DNA of 64,000 nucleotides from an uncultured Siphonobacter sp. (GCA_913774715.1 CAJYHS010000152.1:43886-107885); one strand, 5' to 3'. Shown: positions 18,021-28,194, counted from the stretch's first letter. A program made the numbers and translations. Notes: generated from the letters alone by a model not told the origin.

Positions 18021-18950
18021 TTAGGCCAGAAACTTTAAAATAGTCTCCAGGACTTGGTCGGGTTTTTCTTCGAATAAGTAATGCCCGCTATCCAGAATAC
18101 CAACCATCTCAGCGTCTTTGGCTAGGTAAGGCATCCCCATCTTCATGTACTGATAGCTTACGTAGCTGCCAATTCCCAGTACCGGCATGTCAAGGAGTGG
18201 ATAGGTTTGAGCATCAACGATGTCCTGAGTAAAGGTTTGATACCAGGCGTTGGCGGCCCGGATGCTCTCGGCATCGTTGTAAGAAGCTGCGTAGATCTCC
18301 CTTTCCAGGGAGGTCATTTTAGTGTCGTCGATCATGACGTAGTGAAAAAGCCAGTCCAGCAGGTACTGGAAACGTCCGGCCAGTAGCTGTTCCGGTAAAC
18401 CTTTCACCTGATTAAAGCCCATCCACCAGGCATAAGGCCGATTGGCGTCCATTTTTTCGCCGAACGTACCAATTGGCGGAATCAGACTCATCTGTAGCAT
18501 TCCTTCCGAGGGATGTGAGCCGTCGAGAACCACAAGTTTTTGGGTCAACTGGGGATAGTTGAAAGCAAAACTCATGGCGACCATACCCCCGATGTCGTGC
18601 CCCATGAGGTAAACGCTGGTTAATTCTAGGTGCTGCAACAGGGCCTTAATATCAGAGGCCATAGTTTTCTTATCGTAGCCAGACTGAGGCTTATCAGAGC
18701 TACCCATTCCCCGAAGATCGACAATAAGTAACCGATAGTGTTTGGCCAGCTCTCCGGCAACGGATCGATACGAATACCAGGTTTGGGGCCAGCCTGGCAG
18801 GCAGATTAAAGGCTGGCCAGAGCCGCCTTCCACGTAATGTAATCGCACCCCATTCACAGTTGCGTAGTGATTGGTAAAGCCCGGAAGGTGATGAATTAAA
18901 GCCTCGTCAGAATACGGATGTAGAGGCGCAGTAGAATTTTGATGAGGCAT
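18021..18950 (-). CDS. Alpha/beta hydrolase (epoxide hydrolase / haloacetate dehalogenase-like)
   Basis: HYVEGGSGQPLICLPGWPQTWYSYR… then LIVDLRGMGSSDKP, nucleophile-elbow region GHDIGG, and a C-terminal SGHYLFEEKP. Confidence 0.8.
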   Translation of the reverse strand: MPHQNSTAPLHPYSDEALIHHLPGFTNHYATVNGVRLHYVEGGSGQPLICLPGWPQTWYSYRSVAGELAKHYRLLIVDLRGMGSSDKPQSGYDKKTMASDIKALLQHLELTSVYLMGHDIGGMVAMSFAFNYPQLTQKLVVLDGSHPSEGMLQMSLIPPIGTFGEKMDANRPYAWWMGFNQVKGLPEQLLAGRFQYLLDWLFHYVMIDDTKMTSLEREIYAASYNDAESIRAANAWYQTFTQDIVDAQTYPLLDMPVLGIGSYVSYQYMKMGMPYLAKDAEMVGILDSGHYLFEEKPDQVLETILKFLA

Positions 18951-19023
18951 CGCTTTGTTTTTGATGGCTCAAAGGTACCCTAGTCATGAAGGGGCAAATC
19001 TACCAAATGGTAGAGAGTGACTT

Positions 19024-19587
19024 TTACCGGATTTTTTTCCTGATTCGGCTTAAGGCATTGGGCGTGATACCCAGTACGGCCGCTACCTGCTTGACTGGTA
19101 CTTTTTGTATCAGGTCAGAATGAGTCATGAAATTCAGATACCTTTCTTCAGCCGACATGGTCTGAAAGTTCATGATCTGATCAATCATCCGAACGGTTGT
19201 GGCCTCCCAAATCTTTCGGCCAAATTCTTCCCAGCTTGGTAGCTGATGATACAGGAAGTCCATGTCCTTTTTATCAATTACAATCAGCTTGGTTTCTTCA
19301 ATGGCTTCAATATTAAAGCGGGAAGGCTTTTGGGGATGCAGGCTTGAAATTTCGGTAAAAAACTCATTTTTGAACATGACCCAGGTGGTATTCTCCTGGT
19401 CATGGAGTTCGTAGAAAAAACGCACACCCCCGGATATAATGAAAAAATACTGAGAGGCAATTTGCCCTTTTCGTAGAATCAGCTTGTTTTTAGGAATCAT
19501 CCTTTCTTTGCATCTGGAGCGTACGAGCTGTAGATCTAGCTCATCAATCCAGACCATTTCTTTAATGAACTTTATGAATTCTTCCAT
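19024..19587 (-). CDS. Crp/Fnr-family transcriptional regulator
   Basis: 187 aa with an N-terminal cNMP-binding-like fold and a C-terminal HTH (VKQVAAVLGITPNALSRIRKK). First gene of the minus-strand Crp/hydrolase/NmrA cluster. Confidence 0.8.
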   Translation of the reverse strand: MEEFIKFIKEMVWIDELDLQLVRSRCKERMIPKNKLILRKGQIASQYFFIISGGVRFFYELHDQENTTWVMFKNEFFTEISSLHPQKPSRFNIEAIEETKLIVIDKKDMDFLYHQLPSWEEFGRKIWEATTVRMIDQIMNFQTMSAEERYLNFMTHSDLIQKVPVKQVAAVLGITPNALSRIRKKIR

Positions 19588-19762
19588 GCCTGAGCTTTAA
19601 TAAACCTTTCTATTAACCCTGGTAAAGTCCATAAGTTTAAAAGCCTTTATCCCATCCAGATGGCTAGCTAACTTGAGATCCCTCCCAAAAATGGCACCCA
19701 TGCTTATACAAGCAAACAGGGAGCGGATAATACCATGAGCCCGGTGACTGCTTTTAATCATT

Positions 19763-20386
19763 ATGGAAACTGCCCCGTACTCAGTTGCAGAAGATGATCA
19801 GCTTAGCAATGACCTTATTGAGTCTTACAAACATGCCCAGTATAGGTTTTCAAAATCTAGATTAATACAAGATCTGTATACAGCCTTTGTTAAACAGAAT
19901 ATCATTTCCCATACCTTAAAGAATAGAAAAGACTTACCCTTTACCTTAAGAAATGAGCAAAATGATGTAGTTACGAACGAAAACTTCAAGGGTAAATTGA
20001 TTCCTGTCGATTTCTGGGCAAGCGGGTGCAAGCCGTGTCGTGAAGAGAATCCTACCCTGAAAAAGGCTTTTAGTGTATACGGGAAAGATAATTTTACAAT
20101 TGTTAGCATTTTAATCGATAAGCAGGAGCACCGAAAAAAATGGCTTGCGGCTATAGAATCAGACGGGATAGGAGACTGGACTCACTTAATCATCGATCTT
20201 AACTCAACATATAATGTGATTGATCGGTATGTGATTAATGCCATACCTTCAAATATGTTAATCAGCCCCGATGGCACGATCGTCGAAAGAAACCTGCGAG
20301 GTCAAAAATTAATTGATGCGATTGGTAATCATTTAAAAACTGAATCATTCATCACTTATACATATGTAGGGTGTTGTTGTCTTTAA
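19763..20386 (+). CDS. TlpA/redoxin-family thioredoxin-like protein, apparently N-terminally truncated (no signal peptide)
   Basis: The thioredoxin motif reads FWASGCKPCREENP. It is a paralogue of the 56922-58037 gene (FWAGWCGPCRKENP) but lacks about 160 N-terminal residues and the signal peptide. An in-frame stop lies 6 codons upstream of the ATG. G+C is low by eye. Confidence 0.6.
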   Translation: METAPYSVAEDDQLSNDLIESYKHAQYRFSKSRLIQDLYTAFVKQNIISHTLKNRKDLPFTLRNEQNDVVTNENFKGKLIPVDFWASGCKPCREENPTLKKAFSVYGKDNFTIVSILIDKQEHRKKWLAAIESDGIGDWTHLIIDLNSTYNVIDRYVINAIPSNMLISPDGTIVERNLRGQKLIDAIGNHLKTESFITYTYVGCCCL

Positions 20387-20421
20387 AGCTTTACAGAGGC
20401 ATAAAAAATAAGGTAAATTAA

Positions 20422-20464
20422 GATGCATCCAGTAGCGGATTCCTTATCCGCCACTGGATGCATC
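20422..20464. terminator. Long-stem bidirectional terminator between convergent genes
   Basis: GATGCATCCAGTAGCGGAT-tcctt-ATCCGCCACTGGATGCATC: a 19-bp stem with one mismatch. Confidence 0.65.
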
Positions 20465-20468
20465 AAAC

Positions 20469-23400
20469 CTAAATGGCTGCTTCCGCCGACTCAGCAACCG
20501 TCATTCCTTCGGCTGGGTCAACCTTTCCAAACCATTTCATGCGGACCTTTTCATTGATGTAATACAGACAGGGCACGATGATTAGCGTAAGCACCGTCGA
20601 GAAAATAACCCCGTAGATAATCGTCCAGGCCAGAATGTTCCAAAACACGGCACTATCTCCGCCAACGACAATGTGAGGATTAAAGTCGGAAAAGAACCCA
20701 GCAAAATCTACAGTTAAGCCTACGGCCAGGGGAATCAGGCCCAGAATAACGGCCGAAGCCGTTAACAGGACGGGTGTCATCCGAATACCGCCCGCTTCGA
20801 TGATGGCTCTTCGCAGGGGAAAGCCCCGCTGACGAAGTTCTTCGGTGAATTCAATCAGAAGAATCCCGTTTTTAATGACAATTCCGGCTAGCGCAAAAAT
20901 CCCCACGCCCGACATGATGACGGAAAATTTCTGATTAAAGATGGAAAAGCCCAGTAATACCCCAATGAGTGAAAGCAGAATGGTGCTGAAGATAATGACG
21001 GGTTTCACAGCCGAGTTGAACTGCGTGGCCAGCACCAGATAAATCAGCATAATCGCTCCCAGGAAAGCCACGCCCAGGAAATCAGTGGTTTCGGCCTGAG
21101 CTTCCTGCTCACCACCTAACTGAATGTGATAGCCATTGGGCAGCTCCATCTGATTCATCACCTGGGTAATTTGCAGGTTAATGGCGTTGGCATTGGCACC
21201 GGGCACCACATCCGAGCTCAGGGTGATCACCCGCTGCTGATTTTTGCGGTTAATCTGGCTATAGGTTGTGGAGTAACTAATGTTGGCTACCGCCGATAAG
21301 GGAACCTTGCGAAGCTGGCCGCCCATGTTCATATCCCGATAGACGATTTCCTGACTCAGCAATCGCTCAATCTGCGAACGATCGTCGGGTTTTAATCGAA
21401 GCATGATGGGATACTCATCCTTGGAGTCGCGGAATTTACTAATCTCCAGCCCAAATAAAGCCGTGCGAATGGAGCCCGCAATTTGCTGGGAACTAATGCC
21501 TTCCCGCTCGGCTTTGATGCGGTCGATTTGAACGATGATTTCGGGTTTATTGGTAATGAGATCCGATTTTAACTGATCAATGCCTTCAATACCAGCCTGC
21601 TTGATTTTCTCCCGAAATTCCTTTTCAATCTTCATCAACGGCTCAAAGTCATCGCCCGAGATTTCGATTTGGATGGGCTTACCCGTGGCCGGGCCGTTCT
21701 GTTCGCGTTCCACGGAGATTTCTGTTCCCGGAATGCCCTGCACCGCCGTTCGGATTTTCTCTAACATGGCCTGCGAGGAAACGCCGTTTCGATCCACGCT
21801 TTTGACAAACGCAATCGTCACCTTGGATTTGTGCGGCGTATCGGAGCGGTCGGGGTTAAAGGGATCGCCTGCGTTTTTGCCCACGTTGGAAATGACCGAG
21901 TTCACGGCTCCCATGGCCTTATTATCGGCAAGAATCTTAAAGACCCTACGCTCAATTTCCTTGGTGGTTTTATCGGTTACTACCGCGTCCGTTCCTACGG
22001 GCATGACGTTATAAATGTAGACGTAATCCGGCTCGCCGCTGGGGAAAAACACCACCTCGGGCTGACGAATAGCCACGGCAATGAAAGAAATAATCAGCAA
22101 AACGACCGCTGACAGTACGGCAAAAACGGGTCTATACCCCGTAATAACCCAGCTGATTAACTTGCGATAGCCGTGCTGAAGTTTCGGTAAAATATTCTCC
22201 TGAAAAGGCACCAGAATTCGGGGCGTCAGGATGAAATGATTGAAGTAATACAGCAGCAGCAGAAAAATAAAGAAGTTACCCACGCCGCGGTGAATCAAGT
22301 ACCCCACGAAGGCTACAACCAGCAAACTAATGGTAGGCTTAAATAACTCCTTGCGGTGATTGACCTCTACGTGAGCTCCGTGCTGATCGTCGTGACGCTG
22401 CATGAAACTTACCGCAAACACCGGGTTCATTACGTAGGCCACAAACAGCGAAGCAAACAGGGTAATAATCAGGGTGATGGGCAGAAATTTCATGAACTCT
22501 CCCACAATGCCCGGCCAGAATAAAAGGGGAAAGAAGGGAGCAATCGTTGTCAGCGTTCCCGAAAGAACGGGCACGAATACTTCCCCAGCGGCGGCTTTCA
22601 CGGCCTGCTTAATGTCCCAGTCTTTGTGCTGATTAAAGAGGCGGTGCGTGTTTTCAATTACCACAATGGCATCATCAACCACAATACCCAGACCCAGCAG
22701 GAAGGCAAATAAGACCAGGGTGTTGAGCGTAAAGACCGAACCAATCAAAGGCCCCACCAGCGGAAAACACACAAACGCCACCAGCGTAGAAAGCGGCACG
22801 GAAAGTCCCACAAAAATGGCGTCCCGAACGCCCATGAAAAACATTAATACCAGTACTACGAAGATAAAACCGAGGATTACGGTATTAATCAAATCGTGAA
22901 TATCGGCCTTGGTCCGCTCGGACTGATCGGCGGTAATAATGACGTTTAGTCCGGCGGGTAACTGGTTGGTTTTATATTCTTCAATGATCTTTTCAATGCC
23001 TTCCGAAGCTGAAATCAGGTTGGTTCCCGCCCGCTTGATCACGTTGAGCGTGACCACGGATTTGTTATTCAATCGGGCAAAATCCTGACGTTCTTCGTAG
23101 CTGTCTTCCACTTGAGCCACGTCACCTAAGCGAACGGTAGCACCGGTAGAGGTGCGAATCTGAAGTTCCCGCATCTGGGCAACGTCGGTGAATTCGCCTT
23201 TCACCCGCAGGGTTCTTCTCACGTCATTAACGTTTAATTCTCCGCCCGAGATGTTAATGTTTTCACCCTGAACGGCCTGCTGAATATCGTAGAACGTCAG
23301 CCCCGAAGATTGCATGCGGGCCAGATCCACATTGATCTGAATTTCCCGCTCTAAGGCTCCGACAATGTCCACGCGGCTGATTTCGGGTAAGCCTTCAAAA

Positions 23401-23912
23401 GCATCCTGTAAATCTTCGGCGTAGTCCTTGAGTTTTTGCAGCGGAAAATTTCCCGCCAGATTGACGTTCATAATGGGAAACTCGGAAAACTCTACGTTTT
23501 GAGCCGTAGGGCCCGCATCAAGCTTAACGGGCAAGTCCTGCTTGGATTTATCAATGGCATCGCGTACTCGTTGCAGGGCTACTTCCGAGTTTACTTCGGG
23601 TAAGAACTCTACCAGAATAACTGACACGTCATTGAGCGCATTGGACTTGACCGACTTAACCCCATTGAGCGATTTGAGTTGCTTTTCAATGGGTTTGTTA
23701 ATCAGGTTTTCAATGTCAGCGGGAGCCGTACCAAAGTAGACCGTATTAATGTACACCTGCGGCACTTTGATGTCGGGAAACTGCTCCTTGGGCAAGTTGC
23801 TATACACCAGCCACCCCGCGATGGTGATGATCACCGTGAAGATGTAGACGGTGGTTCGGTTTTCCACGCACCAGTTGGTAAAACCGAGGGTTTTATATTC
23901 TTCGAATTTCAT
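20469..23912 (-). CDS. Efflux RND transporter permease (AcrB/HAE1-like)
   Basis: 1147 aa with a 12-TM RND architecture. Typical motifs include …GIVVDDAIVVIEN… and …GIVIKNGILLIEF…. Confidence 0.9.
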   Translation of the reverse strand: MKFEEYKTLGFTNWCVENRTTVYIFTVIITIAGWLVYSNLPKEQFPDIKVPQVYINTVYFGTAPADIENLINKPIEKQLKSLNGVKSVKSNALNDVSVILVEFLPEVNSEVALQRVRDAIDKSKQDLPVKLDAGPTAQNVEFSEFPIMNVNLAGNFPLQKLKDYAEDLQDAFEGLPEISRVDIVGALEREIQINVDLARMQSSGLTFYDIQQAVQGENINISGGELNVNDVRRTLRVKGEFTDVAQMRELQIRTSTGATVRLGDVAQVEDSYEERQDFARLNNKSVVTLNVIKRAGTNLISASEGIEKIIEEYKTNQLPAGLNVIITADQSERTKADIHDLINTVILGFIFVVLVLMFFMGVRDAIFVGLSVPLSTLVAFVCFPLVGPLIGSVFTLNTLVLFAFLLGLGIVVDDAIVVIENTHRLFNQHKDWDIKQAVKAAAGEVFVPVLSGTLTTIAPFFPLLFWPGIVGEFMKFLPITLIITLFASLFVAYVMNPVFAVSFMQRHDDQHGAHVEVNHRKELFKPTISLLVVAFVGYLIHRGVGNFFIFLLLLYYFNHFILTPRILVPFQENILPKLQHGYRKLISWVITGYRPVFAVLSAVVLLIISFIAVAIRQPEVVFFPSGEPDYVYIYNVMPVGTDAVVTDKTTKEIERRVFKILADNKAMGAVNSVISNVGKNAGDPFNPDRSDTPHKSKVTIAFVKSVDRNGVSSQAMLEKIRTAVQGIPGTEISVEREQNGPATGKPIQIEISGDDFEPLMKIEKEFREKIKQAGIEGIDQLKSDLITNKPEIIVQIDRIKAEREGISSQQIAGSIRTALFGLEISKFRDSKDEYPIMLRLKPDDRSQIERLLSQEIVYRDMNMGGQLRKVPLSAVANISYSTTYSQINRKNQQRVITLSSDVVPGANANAINLQITQVMNQMELPNGYHIQLGGEQEAQAETTDFLGVAFLGAIMLIYLVLATQFNSAVKPVIIFSTILLSLIGVLLGFSIFNQKFSVIMSGVGIFALAGIVIKNGILLIEFTEELRQRGFPLRRAIIEAGGIRMTPVLLTASAVILGLIPLAVGLTVDFAGFFSDFNPHIVVGGDSAVFWNILAWTIIYGVIFSTVLTLIIVPCLYYINEKVRMKWFGKVDPAEGMTVAESAEAAI

Positions 23913-23936
23913 TCCGAATGAAGGTTAAATGGCGGA

Positions 23937-25067
23937 TTAGTAACTAATGGGCTGTCCATCGGTTAACTCCTGGTAGCCTACGGTGATGAGCTCATCACCC
24001 GCCGACAGGCCTTCGGTAATTTCAATTTTTCCGTTGTAACTCAGCCCCGTTTTCACCGGCTTAGCCTTGGCTACTTTCTTACCGCCTTCGGCTACGGCTA
24101 CGTAGACCACCTGTCCGTTTTCAGTGTTCTGAATCAGGTTCTGCTCAATGACTAGGGCCTGGGGCTTAGTGACATCGTTAATGAGCATCTGAGCCAGCAT
24201 ATTGGGTTTGAAATCCTTGCTGGAGGGCAGCGTCGCTTCAATGGTAAAGGTTCTCGAAAGCGGATCAACGGTATTGGAAACGAAGGTGATTTTGGCTTTG
24301 ATTTCCTTCTTGACATCGGGAAGTTTGATGGTGACGGCATCGCCCCGGCGGATGTTGGCCACGTAGGTATCGGCCACTTTACCGACCACTTTCAGACTGC
24401 TTAAATTCACAATTCGCATCAAGGGTACGCCCGGAGTTGCCATCATACCGACTTTTCCATCCACCTGATCTACGGTTCCCGCAATAGGAGCTGAAACGCG
24501 GGACTGATTGAGTTGAGCCTGAAGCGTCGAGATTCGCTTTTCCAGTGCCTCTTTATTGTTCTTGGCCTGTAAATACTGAATCTCCGTGCCAATTTGCTGG
24601 TCCCAAAGCCGCTTTTGCTTGTCGTAAAGCGTCTGAGCCAGCGAAAGCTGATTCTTAGTTTCTTCGATGGACTCCCGTAAGATGGTATCATCAATGCGAG
24701 CCAGAGTCGTTCCTACGCTAACGGCATCACCTTCTTTGACGCTAATGGCTTTGATCACACCCGAAGCCTGCGGGCTGATCTGCACGTTGTTTTTGGCATC
24801 CACACTTCCCTGCACTTCAATCATGTGGGCAAAGGTGCTGGGTTGCAGGGGCTGTACGGAGACGGCTTTGATTTTAGCATCTTCGGCTTTTTTAGGGTCA
24901 AGCTTGGCAATTTCTCCCTCCAGGGTTTTGATTTTGCTGCTGATTTCGGACTGCTGGCTTTTGAGCTCGGCTAATTCTTCTTTTTTGGCTTCCAGGCCCT
25001 CTTTTTTGGGAGAACAAGCCGCTACAAGGGCCGTGATAAGTAATAAGTAAGAGACTTTCATATTCAA
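23937..25067 (-). CDS. Efflux RND periplasmic adaptor lipoprotein
   Basis: Lipobox LVAACS, a coiled-coil hairpin, a barrel-sandwich domain (…GTVDQVDGKVGMMATPGVPLMRIVN…). It lies upstream of the RND pump. Confidence 0.85.
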   Translation of the reverse strand: MNMKVSYLLLITALVAACSPKKEGLEAKKEELAELKSQQSEISSKIKTLEGEIAKLDPKKAEDAKIKAVSVQPLQPSTFAHMIEVQGSVDAKNNVQISPQASGVIKAISVKEGDAVSVGTTLARIDDTILRESIEETKNQLSLAQTLYDKQKRLWDQQIGTEIQYLQAKNNKEALEKRISTLQAQLNQSRVSAPIAGTVDQVDGKVGMMATPGVPLMRIVNLSSLKVVGKVADTYVANIRRGDAVTIKLPDVKKEIKAKITFVSNTVDPLSRTFTIEATLPSSKDFKPNMLAQMLINDVTKPQALVIEQNLIQNTENGQVVYVAVAEGGKKVAKAKPVKTGLSYNGKIEITEGLSAGDELITVGYQELTDGQPISY

Positions 25068-25095
25068 TACTTTCTTGGGATGATAGGAAATGGGA

Positions 25096-26466
25096 TTATT
25101 CAGTGTAGAGCTTTCCGGCGGCCTTATCCAGGTCTACCTTAGCTACAATCGCATTGTAAAGAGCCGTGTAATAATTGGTTTGAGCCTCGCGGAAGCTGGC
25201 TTCAGCGTTAATGACTTCAATGTTCGAGCCTACGCCTTCTTTGTACTTGATTTGAGTGACCCGCAGGACCTCCTGAGCCAGATCCAGATTCTTTTGCTGC
25301 TCCTGAAGGGTGAAGTAGTAGTTGCGAAGCTGAATTTCTGACTGACGCAGTTGCAGATCAATGCTTTGCTTTAAGAGCTCAAGGTTGTTGTCTACTTTCA
25401 AGAGGTTACTGCGCGACTGCGAGAGTTTATAGCGGCGGGTGAATCCATCAAAAACGGGTACATTGATGGCAAAGCCAATCGAACCCGCATCCAGCCAGGG
25501 GCGGGTAACAAAACGGGCAATGCTCTGACGGCCGTTAAAATACCCATAGTTGCCCTGCAGTGATAGGGTAGGCCAGAGACTTTTCTGCACGTTTTTGACG
25601 TCAATCGCTTGTAAATCCCGCTGCGTCTGGAGCGTGGCATATTCAATGCGATCCCCGTACTGAAAGGGACGCTTCACCGCCTGAATCATTTCTTCTGAGA
25701 AAGAGAGTTTGGCTAACTTTTCACTCAGCTCAAAGGACTCCTCCAATGGATGTCCCATTTGATACTTGAGTAGAATATAAGCCAGCTCCTGAAGGCGTTG
25801 CACGTTTTGTTGCTCGGTAACCAGATTATTACGCTGGACTTCAATGCGTTGTACGTCAATTTTCTCGACGAGTCCTTCCAGATTGGAAGCTTTCGTATCG
25901 CGAAGCAGCGTATCGAGTCGGCGCACGTTTACGTCGAGTAAATTCAAGCGTTCTTCGTTGACTAAAACTGCGTAGTAAGCCTTGGTAATGTTTTCAGCGA
26001 CGGTGATCTTACTAGCGGTAATGTTCTTATTGGCTAGCTCGGTGTAGACTTTAGCCGCTTTCAATCCCAGCAAATACGAGTTACTAAATAAAAGCCAGTT
26101 CAAGTTGGCTACTGCACTCGAGTTATAGCGGACCCCGCCAAAAGCCAGGGCGATCTCTTCATCCCCGGGGGGAGCGGGCTCGCCGGGAATAAAGCTCATG
26201 CCCGGCGGCATGAAAAAAGGCTGAGGCTTAATGGTATGCGAAAGGCCCAGAGCTACGTTGGCCTGGGGCAGGCCCATGGCCTTGGTTTCACCAATGCGGG
26301 CCTTGGCAATGGCTAGATCCAGCTGGGCATTGGTAACATTACGATTGTTTTTGATGCCATACTCAATGGCTTGTTGAAGTGAAAATGTAGATTGAGCGGA
26401 ACTGCCATAACCTGCCCAAAGGATACACAGCAGTAAGCCCCATCGATGAAGACAGAGTTTTTTCAT
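25096..26466 (-). CDS. TolC-family outer membrane efflux protein
   Basis: The ATG at 26466 gives MKKLCLHRWGLLLCILWAGYGSSAQS (signal peptide); the ORF track starts 14 codons earlier. OEP repeats are present. First gene of the TolC-MFP-RND operon. Confidence 0.85.
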   Translation of the reverse strand: MKKLCLHRWGLLLCILWAGYGSSAQSTFSLQQAIEYGIKNNRNVTNAQLDLAIAKARIGETKAMGLPQANVALGLSHTIKPQPFFMPPGMSFIPGEPAPPGDEEIALAFGGVRYNSSAVANLNWLLFSNSYLLGLKAAKVYTELANKNITASKITVAENITKAYYAVLVNEERLNLLDVNVRRLDTLLRDTKASNLEGLVEKIDVQRIEVQRNNLVTEQQNVQRLQELAYILLKYQMGHPLEESFELSEKLAKLSFSEEMIQAVKRPFQYGDRIEYATLQTQRDLQAIDVKNVQKSLWPTLSLQGNYGYFNGRQSIARFVTRPWLDAGSIGFAINVPVFDGFTRRYKLSQSRSNLLKVDNNLELLKQSIDLQLRQSEIQLRNYYFTLQEQQKNLDLAQEVLRVTQIKYKEGVGSNIEVINAEASFREAQTNYYTALYNAIVAKVDLDKAAGKLYTE

Positions 26467-27030
26467 TGGGAATGGTGGTCTTGCACGCATAGAGAGAAGT
26501 ACTCTCACGTGGCGGGTAAGTAAAGGTGAACGAGGATAATGCCATGCGGTCTGTAGCTTTGAAGGGCTAGCAGAGTCAGTGGGTACGTTGGCTTACCTGA
26601 GGAGTAGACATAGATAGGTGTATAGAACTCCTGGTAATAGTCAACACGGGGCGTTTATAGTGATACATGAAATCGGCCTGGTCTTTTTCCAGGCTAAGCA
26701 GCCTGACGGGCAGATCGCTTAGTAGGCAAGCAACTCAGATACAAACATCTCCCGGGAAAACTTTGCCTGCTACCGCTTTGGGTGGAACGGGGATTTTTCG
26801 GGATGGACTACGAAGAAAGCAACGGCCTGAACGGTTTATTTTCGCAGGCGAGTAAAGGCATAACCAAAGATGGGCGTGTACATAGAGTTGAGGCGTTAGA
26901 AGATTTGGCTGAATCGGTTCGAAAGTTCGTGATTATTCTTTAAAACCACCTAAATAGTTGTCTAATTTATTCAAAATATATTTTTATTAGGCAAAATGAT
27001 GTTGTTACACGAAAACGAAAACTAAGATGG

Positions 27031-27038
27031 TACGTTTG
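27031..27038 (+). promoter_or_regulatory. Candidate -7 promoter element (TACGTTTG)
   Basis: Matches TAnnTTTG about 90-115 nt upstream of the possible starts of the reductase gene. Confidence 0.3.
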
Positions 27039-27123
27039 AGTATTAAATTCGCTCATTCGGGCTTGCTAACTCAAAAGTACACCTGGGCATTGACAACCCT
27101 ATGTCAGCAGCGATTATCAAGGT

Positions 27124-28194
27124 ATGAATTTGATTAAATACACAGGAAAAATGGCGGAGCGGATTCAACTTCGAGTACTAGCGGTTCAAGAGGAAACGTC
27201 AGAAAGTAAAACCTACACCCTGGAAAGGACTGATAAAGCAGCACTACGCTACGAGGCTGGACAATTTTTAACCTTACTTCTCGAGCATGAGGGCCATGAA
27301 GTGAGACGCTCGTATTCGCTGAGCTCCACGCCGGGTGTCGATGCCCGGGCCCGATTAACGATTAAACGGGTTGCTAACGGGGAAATTTCCCGCCGGCTTT
27401 TGCAAACCCTGCACGTGGGTTCCCTGCTCTACAGCTTACCTGCTTCGGGTCGTTTTACGCTCAGTGCTACTAAAGAGGAGAAATCCGATGTTTTTCTTTT
27501 GGCGGCTGGTAGCGGCATTACGCCGGTGTTTTCCCTTTTAAAAGCGGTTTTAACCCAGCAGACTCAACGACGCGTTATTCTTATTTATAGTAATGCCCAT
27601 GCTTCGAGTACCATTTTTCTTGAAGAGCTTGAAGAGTGGCAACAGCGATATCCCGACCGTTTGATTATTGAACATATCTGGAGTAATCCCCTGGGCGAGC
27701 AGGTGGGTCGCCGGCTTAACAATACGTTACTTGAAAAACTGGTCAATCAGTATCATCAGGCCCGGCACGGACGCCCTGAGTTCTACCTCTGTGGCCCCGA
27801 AGATTACATGCGATTGATTCGCATCGTGCTTATTTTCATGGGTTTTGAAGCGGATTCCATCAAACGGGAAAATTTCGTTATTCCCCTGGCCAGTCCTAGC
27901 GTTCCCGAAGGCTTTGGCGTAGCCTCTAAAGTAACGATTCAGTACCGACAGCAGTCGCATCAGCTGGAGGTGGAAGCGGGGACTTATATCCTTACGGCTG
28001 CCTTAAAAGCCGGCCTAGAGTTACCCTACAGCTGCCGGGGTGGCCGCTGTAGCACCTGCGTGGCTCACTGCGAAAAGGGACGGATAAAAATGACCATCAA
28101 TGACGTATTAACCGAGCGTGAACTCGCTGATGGTGAGATTCTAACCTGTACGGCCTTAGCTGAAACGAGTGAAATTGTGATTAGAGTAGATTAA
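27124..28194 (+). CDS. Ferredoxin-NAD(P) reductase-type flavoprotein with C-terminal plant-type 2Fe-2S ferredoxin domain
   Basis: FAD-binding RRSYSLSS, NAD-binding LLAAGSGITPVFS, and C-terminal cluster cysteines CRGGRCSTCVAHC…C. No signal peptide. An alternative start is at 27151. Confidence 0.8.
   Translation: MNLIKYTGKMAERIQLRVLAVQEETSESKTYTLERTDKAALRYEAGQFLTLLLEHEGHEVRRSYSLSSTPGVDARARLTIKRVANGEISRRLLQTLHVGSLLYSLPASGRFTLSATKEEKSDVFLLAAGSGITPVFSLLKAVLTQQTQRRVILIYSNAHASSTIFLEELEEWQQRYPDRLIIEHIWSNPLGEQVGRRLNNTLLEKLVNQYHQARHGRPEFYLCGPEDYMRLIRIVLIFMGFEADSIKRENFVIPLASPSVPEGFGVASKVTIQYRQQSHQLEVEAGTYILTAALKAGLELPYSCRGGRCSTCVAHCEKGRIKMTINDVLTERELADGEILTCTALAETSEIVIRVD

Noticed and set aside
20469-25067. 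Numerous 60-145-aa ORFs antisense to or overlapping the RND pump and adaptor genes (for example 21580-22014, 21831-22112, 22648-22899, 23542-23921, 24152-24340, 24667-25050).
   Set aside because: They lie entirely within long, well-supported genes on the opposite strand or in another frame. Their compositions are biased (Ser/Arg/Pro-rich) and they carry no recognisable motifs. The same applies to the antisense ORFs inside SusC, SusD, the TolC-family (OMF) genes, GH3 and DUF2075.
26509-27123. 615-bp gap upstream of the TolC-MFP-RND operon, where a TetR-type regulator or its remnant might be expected (including ORF 26667-26855).
   Set aside because: I translated the frames by hand. Only short, stop-interrupted frames with no HTH or other recognisable motif appear. 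This is most simply a divergent promoter region.
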